The notes beneath the pieces are model-generated. The model searched no databases. It worked only from the letters and a program-made list of their open reading frames with translations, and was not told the DNA's origin. This document shows, piece after piece, positions 34,801-43,082 of a stretch of DNA of 43,082 nt (position 1 is the first letter of the stretch; every line of letters starts with the position of its first letter). A program made the position numbers and the translations under genes. The DNA is from Tigriopus californicus (lineage: Eukaryota): positions 5,296,144 through 5,339,225 of the forward strand of contig NC_081440.1 in the NCBI RefSeq assembly GCF_007210705.1. The letters are read 5' to 3'.

Positions 34801-37800
34801 TCGAAACGAGACGTCACAGTAGCTGAACTGAGTCAAATATTGTCCGAAGGGCAGTTCAAACCGATTCCCCCTCTCCAACTATCAATCCTCATAAATGGAC
34901 TGGAAAGTTTCTTGCAGCCCACACAGGGAAGTCTCATCGAAGGGCTCCTGCTTTTAAAGAAAGGGGAATGGTTGAAATCTGTTACTGAGCGCTACTTCTC
35001 AAAGGGGTGCCACTCGGCTCAGAACATTCATCTTGTCTTGGCGGGAGTTTTTCATCATATATACCGCTTCGCTCCCAACCATCCAAGGGCTTTGCAAGGC
35101 CTGCCCGAGCATTTGGCCTCGACAGGAAACGTGAAACTGCTCGAGCAGACCATTTGCAGTCTTGATTACATTCGAGAATGTGCTGCCTTCCCCGACATCC
35201 TTCAAGAGTTGGCTCTACGACATTTCAACGGTCATTATTTGAGTGGAAGACCTCAGCTTGAGAGATTCCTAGCGTCTGAACAGATTAAGGCGTATTCTGC
35301 CTTTGTCCATCTACACTGGACCTCGTTGATCGATCAGCCTAGCCTGGCGTATCAGTTGGCTTTAACAGAACCGCAAAGCACTCCTCCTCACAAAGAGGCA
35401 GTTGCAAAAACTATGAATAATGGTTATGATGCGAAGCAGATTACCACTTGTTCTTCCTCGGCCCCTCTTTGGCTTTTCTGGGAAAATAGGTCAGAGGGGG
35501 AGTGCTTAGGGGAGAACAATGAGGGCACCAACAATCTGTTGGCGGTCAAGGCTTGCAAATCGAGTCGAATGGCAGTGATTTGCCTCGAAAAGTCCTCATT
35601 AATTTCCCCTGAGGAATTGTTGGTGGCTTGCGGGCATGATGATGGACATATAATAGTGGGATTGGCTCATAATAACGAAGAGCTCTTCTCATTGGTGGGC
35701 CATTCAAGCCCCATTTCGTCCCTGACGTTTCTCCCGGGTACGTCGTCATCTGAGACGTGTTTGGTAAGTGGATCTCAAGATGGGATGATCTCGTTTTGGG
35801 ATCTTAACAGTCAGATCAGGACGAATTCGGTCCAAGGGCACAGTCGATGTGTCAGTGGCCTGGCTTGTAGCTCAGATGGACTAACCCTCGTCTCTGTTGG
35901 ATGGGATGGTCGAATCAAGATTTGGAGTGGCCGCTCTCAGAGAGAGATGTCTTGTATTCAACAGAGCACGCAAGCCTTTAATTGCGTGGCCTTTCACCCC
36001 GACAAGGACTACATCATTGCAGGTGGTTGGGACGGACTATTGAAGATCTATGATCTCACGACACTGGAGCGAAAAGCCATCGTCAGAGGCCATTTGACCT
36101 CAATTCAATGTGTGGCCATTTCAAGTGACGGAAAGAAAATTGTCAGCGGATCCAGTGACGGTGTTGTCAAAGTCTTTGACAGTGGCATTGGAGGAGAATG
36201 TGGCTCATTTAGAGTTGGCCATTGCGTTCATTCGATTGCTTTGGATAATAGCAGAATCAATACGGAAGGTGTTCCACGAATCTTGATTGGAACACGCGAT
36301 GGCGTGATTCATTTTTGGACCACTGACGAAGGTACCGAACATCCCTCCATCGTTTTAGATTTGGAATCCGATCTAGACCTTGATGTCGAAACCGTGATTG
36401 ACGCTCCAACTGATTTTGAAATCACCTGCAATGGTTCAGATATGGAAACCGATGAAATTGGTCCTCAAACTGGACTGAGAATCACAAGCTTCTGTATCCT
36501 TCCTTGTCTCTTTGGAGTCACAGACACGAATATGGCACTTGGTTGCGCTGATGGGACGCTTTTGATTGTCAAAATTAGCAGTGTCTCTAAAACGGTGATC
36601 ATGCGTTCAAAAATTGCCAACGGACCGATAATAGGAACTCTGCCAATAACTTGGGAAAATCTGTGGACCAACAGCACATTCGACGAGTGCCACTTTTGCT
36701 TAGTAAGTTCCTCTGAGGGGGTCTACCTTGCTTGTGCAAAAAAGCAAACACTAGAAGGATCTCGTCTACCTCTTGGCGAGTCTGAAGTTCAAGTGGTGGG
36801 AGCCCGGATCTTTTCCTACGGTTCCTCAGATTATGACATCGCCATAGTTCTTGGCACCGCTGCAGGGTTTTGCCTGCTTTTGAAAGTCCAAAATCCAACT
36901 TTAACAAAAATTAATCGGTTGTTCAAAGAGGCCATATGCTTTGGCAATGAAGAACTTCTTGATTTCAAAGTCTGTAAAAAGACTGAAGCGAGTTCCACGG
37001 AGTTCCATTTCCTGACTCTTACATCCCTCAATGTTCTTAGTCTCTGGTTGGGAACAAAATCAGGGATAGTCTTGCTAACTTCACTCACTGATTATTCTCT
37101 TGGATCAAAATTATTCATCCCTAATTTTGGCCAGAAGGAATTTGTATTTGTCACCAATCAGATGGGAAAGTTTGAGTCTTATCTCATCTCCGGGAAAACC
37201 AAGGCGCTTGATCAAGAAGAGGACCAAATTTCGTCCTCAGAATTCAAATTTGTCCATAAAGGAATATTTGAATCTCGAAAGGCTGGATCAATCACAGGCT
37301 TTCTTCAAGCAAGCGAATCAGATTGTTACTTTGGCTGCATTCACGAAAACCAAGACATCACAATCTGGTCGAAAAAGGGCATCGAAATTAAGTGGATCAA
37401 CATGGAACGACAAGGACACAGCTTAGTGAGTTTAAGCCGTCAATCAGTGGGTGGTTCCTGCTTGAAAGATGAAGACCCGTCCACGTGGTATCTGGGCATT
37501 TTCAATCCCAAAAAAATGCGCGGCCAATTTCAAATGTTCGACATTTTCAACGCTAAACTCACCGAGTCCTACATCGGCCATAATGGTCCCGTCACCGCTT
37601 TGAATATGGCCCATGATAGGGTATTTAGTGCCTCTCGAGATGGGACTTTGAGGATCTGGGACGCTGGCAAACGAGGAACGAGGCTGAATGGCAGTCCAGT
37701 GGTGGGTCTGGTGGCATGTAATGGACTGATCTTAACTGTGTGTCGTGATGGCTCCTTAGTTAGCCATGAGGTGGAAGGAGGCCATTCCAGAGTTCTGGGG

Positions 37801-38604
37801 AGCTTCTTCAACGGCCAGGGCCACACCGAGCACATTAGATATGCCTCTCTGGTCTCCCTCCAGGAAGCCATTGTTATCATTGTGGCTACCAATCACCGAG
37901 CGTTGCGTGTGGCTCTCCTGGAAGGGGAAGAAAACCATTTGACTTTCCCTTACCATAAATACTTTTCCGACAGGGAATTGCTGTTTTTCGGCGCCAAGCA
38001 ATCCGATCCCCAGACGTGTATACTAACAGTACTCTTTGACAAACCAAGGATCTCCGGGACGGGAGAAATCGAGCAAGTCTCAATGAAATTGTCCTTCGTG
38101 AAGCAGAAATCCGAGTCTTTTGGCGTGATAACTCTAGGCCAATGGGCTTTGAAAGGGATCTCCTCTCTGCTGAAGATGGTACAAGCTCCCATTCATTTTC
38201 ACGGCCTTGACTTGTCAGAGAATGGATCCTGGATCTCGTCCGCACTGTTCATGACACTGCCTGAGTTGAACCAGATTGTAATTACTGGTGATACGCAAGG
38301 TCTCTTGACAATCGACCTCAACAATGGGCGATGCTTTACCCAACGAATCCACAATCAAGTCATTACTGGTTTACTTGACTGGTCGGGGAGATTAGTCTCA
38401 ATCTCCTTGGATGGTAAACTAAAGATTTGGTTAATCGAACCAAATGCTCTTTTGGTGAGGATGACTGAAATTGGCCAGTTCTCAGTAAATAATACCCCTC
38501 TGACTTGTGTGGAAACTGTTCGTGTGAATGGTCGTGAAAAACTTGTTGTGGGGGATCGATATGGTCAAGTCTACGTCTTAGATCATGACCGAAGAAAAAA
38601 CTAG
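31881..38604 (+). CDS. TEP1: TEP1 exon 6 (terminal, 6.7 kb, 2240 aa): TROVE C-terminal part, DUF4062, NACHT NTPase and WD40 repeats (about 1000 aa)
   Basis: Acceptor cctttttcag|A at 31880. HGNKAAIWESLIDNKKLPYMATIRNLRNL ~ human RGNKASVWEELIENGKLPFMAMLRNLCNL. SRMFPFQFYTAFD ~ SRQFPFRFLNAHD. IRVFVSSTFTDMHGERDL..IDLRWGI..CHLFIGLLGDRYGWKPP ~ IRLFISSTFRDMHGERDL..IDLRWGV..AQLFVGILGSRYGYIPP. The NACHT P-loop is present, as are many WD repeats (LVSGSQDGMISFWDL, IVSGSSDGVVKVFD, ASRDGTLRIWD). Stop TAG 38602-38604. Confidence 0.9.
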
Positions 38605-38644
38605 TCGTGTGGAAATATTGAATATGTATCGCATTTTACGATAA

Positions 38645-38650
38645 AATAAA
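38645..38650 (+). terminator. polyadenylation signal AATAAA for TEP1
   Basis: About 40 nt after the TEP1 stop. Confidence 0.5.
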
Positions 38651-39334
38651 CGGTTTTTCTTAGACGCGCGTTGTAAGATTGTACTCGAATCAGTTACAGC
38701 GCGATTCAGTTTTTGAAAAACTTAGGGTCCATGTCGAAGCATGTTGTCGCACGAAAAAAGTGATAGCTTATTAAGCAGCTCCTTAGACAATCCTTACGAT
38801 GTTTAGCACTTAATAGCACTAGGTCTACGACAAGCTTTTAACATTTTTTTAGGATGAAAAAAAAGTATTTCAACTTGTATGAAAGAGTTTTTGGGTCACA
38901 CTGCCAAAGCTAATGGCGTGTCTGCGTTCCAACAGAAATCTGCTATACTATCCTTGAAGATTGAGATCCTCGTTTTTAAGACGCTTTACTCTCTAATCTT
39001 GAAAGCAGACTTCCCTGGATGGCTACCACGCGCATTATTGCTAGCTTTTTTGTCCCACCAAAGTTTATCTCATGAAGCTTACAGTATAATTTATACCTAT
39101 TTGTCGTTTCTCCTGTCGCTATAAAAAACAACCGCTTATGGCAAGCAGATCTCCACCAACAGCTTTTGAGGATCAGAGTCTCTCTATTAGGCACATTCTG
39201 AAGTGGATTCCAATATAATTTTGCCCAGAGCATCTCGCAGAGTATCATTTGCGTTCAATTACATGATGAACTCTGATTCGGGGCACTTTGCTTTTTATAT
39301 TTTAGCATCAACAATTCTATCTTCAATTAAATTG

Positions 39335-39350
39335 TTTTTTTGGGGGGGGG
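39335..39350. repeat. T7G9 compound homopolymer
   Basis: tttttttggggggggg seen directly. Confidence 0.9.
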
Positions 39351-42300
39351 ATACTTTTTGTGCTCTTCTCACGTTAAACGAGATGCTTCGACCTTCGAGT
39401 CTCAATTGGACCATTTGTACAAACCACTATTATGAACATCATAATTGAAATTGCTTTCTGGCCCTTGCCAAGAACTTTTTTTCATCTCGCTCAATGGACC
39501 ACAAGAAAGGCAGTCGTGATGGACTGATAGTTATTTCGGTTTCGCTCATGTAAACCGCAAAAGCTAAACAAGAGTCAAAAGATTAGGATACTTTTGTCGA
39601 ATATTTCTGTTTTTTTTCTCAGACTCCATTTTGTCAAAAGCTTTATGCATCAATTTTTAGTTTACTTGGCTCAAGAGGATTTGCAAATTTATAGAAATTA
39701 GACTAAAAAATGTATTAGTTCATTTTGCATTTTTAGTTGATTGTTGAATTGTTGATTTTGAGGCAGGAAGCCGAGAGGCTTCCTATTCTATTTAATTTGT
39801 CTTTGGGTTGAAACTTTCATTATCGCTTACCAGTTCTTTCGCGTCCATCACTAAAAAGGAGGCATCATGGTAGACACAAACCTTCCATTGGCATTATTGT
39901 AAAAGCGACCTTCGAGCAAAAAGGGACGTCTAATTTGCCTCTCCGCAAAAATGAAATTGATAAATTAATATTTGGATGAAGCCGGTGAGCCGCTGATAGA
40001 TGAAGGTGAGTTGGTTTATGTTGTCAAACTCATCCTTGACAGAATTTGGTTGAGCTCAATGTTTATATGTACCATTATGAGCCTCAATTGAATGACACAT
40101 ATTTATTTTAATCCTAATATAGATATAGGTCAGTGTGAACAACGGTGGAAAATAACATCACCTCAGGTCAAGTTGGCTGATGGTGACAATATCAAGGCTT
40201 GCGCTTTCTACTACAATTACTTTTATTAAAATGTAAATAGCTTATGTTTCAGGATTATATCTGACAGCTTAGATGGATAGTTTTTTGTCAAATGTCTTCG
40301 AATGTGGATAAGTGAAATACAACCCAAAGGTTCAAAACTGAAACAAGTTCTCAAATATCCGAAATAAGTTTCGCTTTAAGGTAGACTCTAAGATCTACTA
40401 GTATTTTGTTCATAAATGATTGTGAATTATTGCTAAGGAATGCAATGATAAAGCAAAAAGACATGATGGAAAACGACATTTGAAATTCTCGCTTAAAGTG
40501 TCCCTGCTTGTAAAATGTGTTGTAAATCATGGAAATGTGGAAAGTTGAGAAATTTGGAGCAATATTCTCAAGCCAAAGGAAAATTTCCTGCATCAACTTC
40601 TTGACAATCGAATGAAGGTCGCTCTGAAAGAGGTCTTTTATTTAATTGAGAAGATGTACGCAAACTGGGATGCATTGCAAACGTAACAAGTTCAATGTCG
40701 CTAAGAGCAAGCACAAATTTTAGCCTTGATCTTCCTTAGGCAAAATACATTATTACAAGGTACTTTTTCTTACTGTGAGCCATTCTTTATGTTTCAGCAT
40801 TGGCAGTGTTGGGAAGATGTCCTTAAGAGCTTCAAGTTTCTTTCAATGAGTGGGAAAAAGAAAATTAAATAAAGACCTCAAGGAGGGAGGGGCGTTACAT
40901 TTACACCATTTATAGATGTAAGGGGATAACGAATTCCTATTTTTCGATCATACTGCTTGGACATTTTCAGTCTTCACGGGATTTACAAACCTTTTCTCAG
41001 ACCGGATTTTTCCCCAAGAAATAGTGGAACAAACTAATGCTGACAGTAGCTAAAGAGGATTGATGAAACTTTCTTTTCCTTCTTTGTATAAATATCTGTA
41101 GAAAAGTTGAATGCCAAACTTTTCACCTTTTATTCATTCCTACAGAAGAATCGGAACATTGGAGGCCTTTTTTGCTCCTTCGGTCTTAGACAAGATAGGC
41201 CATATCATCCAAATCGCGAGTTATGTCTAGGCATATCCATGGTCTCTTGCTAGTGTCTCTGGTCATGAACTCGTGGAATCAGGACGGTAGAGCAAAAAAC
41301 AATTCGGATTTGAGTGAAAAGACGTATTTGAATTTTGAGTTACATCGAAGGACTGGATCAAAAGTTATGCCCTATCAAAACCCGTTACGTAACTCTTCAC
41401 AGAATTCTGAGCCTTTTTATGTACTGGATTTTGAGAAGGAGTAACGTTTTACACAGTCAGTTGAAAATTAATATATGCAATTGTAGCGACCCAGGGCCAG
41501 GCTCACATTCTCAGAAAAGGACTTGTCAAGCATTATTCTAGAAATATTTAAAATGTGATCCAAAGTGCACCGCGGAGCACCCTTTTATAAAGAGCAAATT
41601 TTCTAGTCTGAAAAAGTTTTGAATGACATTTCCAAGAACCTTTATTGCTGTTTTTTCTTCTTGTTGAATAAAACTGCTTAACAACTTTGCTGCTCCTGAA
41701 GGTAGATCTAATTGTTGGTTTCTCACTTTATCCATCCCTTCTTTTCGTTTTGAAGATTCGATGTTTTTTTCAAGATGCCCTACTATGCTAGAATTGCCTA
41801 AAGATGATGAAATATTCAACCGTATCAATAATCCAAGTGAGCATGCTTAAGCTGATAGGTGACGATCGTATTGTTTCTCTTTCTTCCTCAGATTATGAGA
41901 TCCATATCTCTTTCATTAGGTTCCATTTCACTATCGTTTGATTACTCTGTAAGAATACCCAGAGGGAGGTTCATGTCATAAAATCCACGTTCACTAAGGC
42001 TTTGGAGCTCAGATAATATGAGCTCTAGTGTTGTGTTTACGAACATTCCAATACAAAGGCATGGCAATATCTCAGTTCATAAGTTCTTTATTGTCTGACA
42101 AATACAAACGACTGAGTACATGATAGTATTTATATATAACTTCCAGAGGTTTGCTTTGTTCAGGTGGAGACATACATAAGTACCTGTTTGCACATTGCTC
42201 CTTTTTAATAAATTTTTTAGGCAGGCCTTCCTGCGCTTCTTCGGAAAACTATTTCTTGCGTTTGTTAACTAGAGCGACCGAAGATGCTTATATTTGCTAT

Positions 42301-42903
42301 TTGTGCATGAAAGACTACGGATCAAATCACCTCTAGCCAAAGTTAGAGCCCTAACAATACGAAAGGTAATCTGATAGAGATATGTTTCCTAGGCTGTGAT
42401 CATTTTTCTCGTTGTTCAAAGCGCTACTTCAAGGAGAGATTAGCCAGAAATGGTCGTGAAGCTCAAGTTGGTCTGATAGATATCTCTTTTGCCTTCTAGT
42501 CTTGGCACCTCGATAGAATAATCCTCATTTCAAGGTGACTACTAGTTCTAAGGAAGCCATGCACATGATCAAGTACCAAAATAGTCCATTTTATGATTGT
42601 GACATGCATCAGCCGCAGAAGCCATGTGGTCAAATTTGGTAATAAGTTGGAGGATGGGGAAGGAGAGGAAAGGCGCGCGAAAATCCTTGCTCCTTCAAGG
42701 AATACGAGTGTAAATGAACAACTCAAACATCACAGGTGCATCACTGTTGCACTTTTTCGTCCTTTAGATCATCAAGAATTTTTGGCTTGAAAAACAGCTG
42801 AGAGCATCAAAGTTGGTAGTGTGCTCGTGTTCCTGGACTTGTTCAAGGAAGAATCTTTGGCACTTTCGTGGGCATTGACATTCCGGAATCTTTTAAGGGC
42901 TCA

Positions 42904-43082
42904 TCTTGGAAGAGGTTTGGATCGGCCCAAGTTTCCAAAGACACGACTTTGTCGGTCCGTTAGCATTTGCCTCATATCCGAAATCGAACACTCAAAGTTG
43001 AGGACCTTCTTGGAGCGTTTGTAGATGCCTTCACGCTTGGACATAGCACAAGTCATCATGGCCTCGCTGACTGACATATTCA
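42904..43082 (-). CDS. possible coding exon running off the window edge (hypothetical protein fragment ..NMSVSEAMMTCAMSKREGIYKRSKKVLNFECSISDMRQMLTDRQSRVFGNLGRSKPLPR*)
   Basis: 59-codon open frame on the minus strand, open to the window edge. Coding-like composition. No recognisable family. Confidence 0.2.

Noticed and set aside
32465-38245. Numerous 60-120 aa ORFs on both strands inside the 6.7-kb TEP1 terminal exon (e.g. 34383..34739 -, 37886..38245 -)
   Set aside because: Alternative-frame or antisense artefacts of a long coding exon. The TEP1 frame is continuous and homologous throughout.
1-43082. Prokaryotic-type systems (CRISPR arrays, operons, defence islands, integrons)
   Set aside because: The sequence is clearly eukaryotic: spliceosomal introns with GT-AG boundaries, AATAAA signals, a LINE retrotransposon and a nuclear tRNA with a Pol III terminator. 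No direct-repeat/spacer arrays or RBS-coupled gene strings are present.

Overview
Eukaryotic (metazoan, probably invertebrate) nuclear DNA of about 40% GC. Genes are sparse and supported introns are very short (57 to 530 nt), so gene calls rest on manual splice-site and reading-frame reconstruction rather than on single ORFs. From 5' to 3' the window holds: (1) a 2-exon SLC49-family MFS transporter gene (FLVCR/MFSD7-like, +). (2) A GC-rich promoter-like region with an orphan non-coding exon. (3) A 3-exon ZFAND5/6-like A20/AN1 zinc-finger gene (+). (4) A decayed, 5'-truncated CR1/L2-like LINE (-) carrying a foldback MITE inside it. (5) A tRNA-Gly(UCC) gene (+). (6) A single-exon major vault protein gene (MVP, -) arranged head-to-head, about 0.94 kb ATG to ATG, with (7) a 6-exon telomerase/vault-associated protein 1 gene (TEP1, +). 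The TEP1 terminal exon is 6.7 kb and encodes the TROVE C-terminus, DUF4062, a NACHT NTPase and about 1000 aa of WD40 repeats. (8) An intronless phospholipase-B-like gene (PLBD, +) sits entirely inside TEP1 intron 5. The main finding is that two of the three protein components of the vault ribonucleoprotein, MVP and TEP1, are divergently linked around a putative bidirectional promoter, with a Pol III tRNA gene immediately next to them. No vault RNA could be identified confidently by eye. No prokaryotic-type features (CRISPR arrays, operons) are present.
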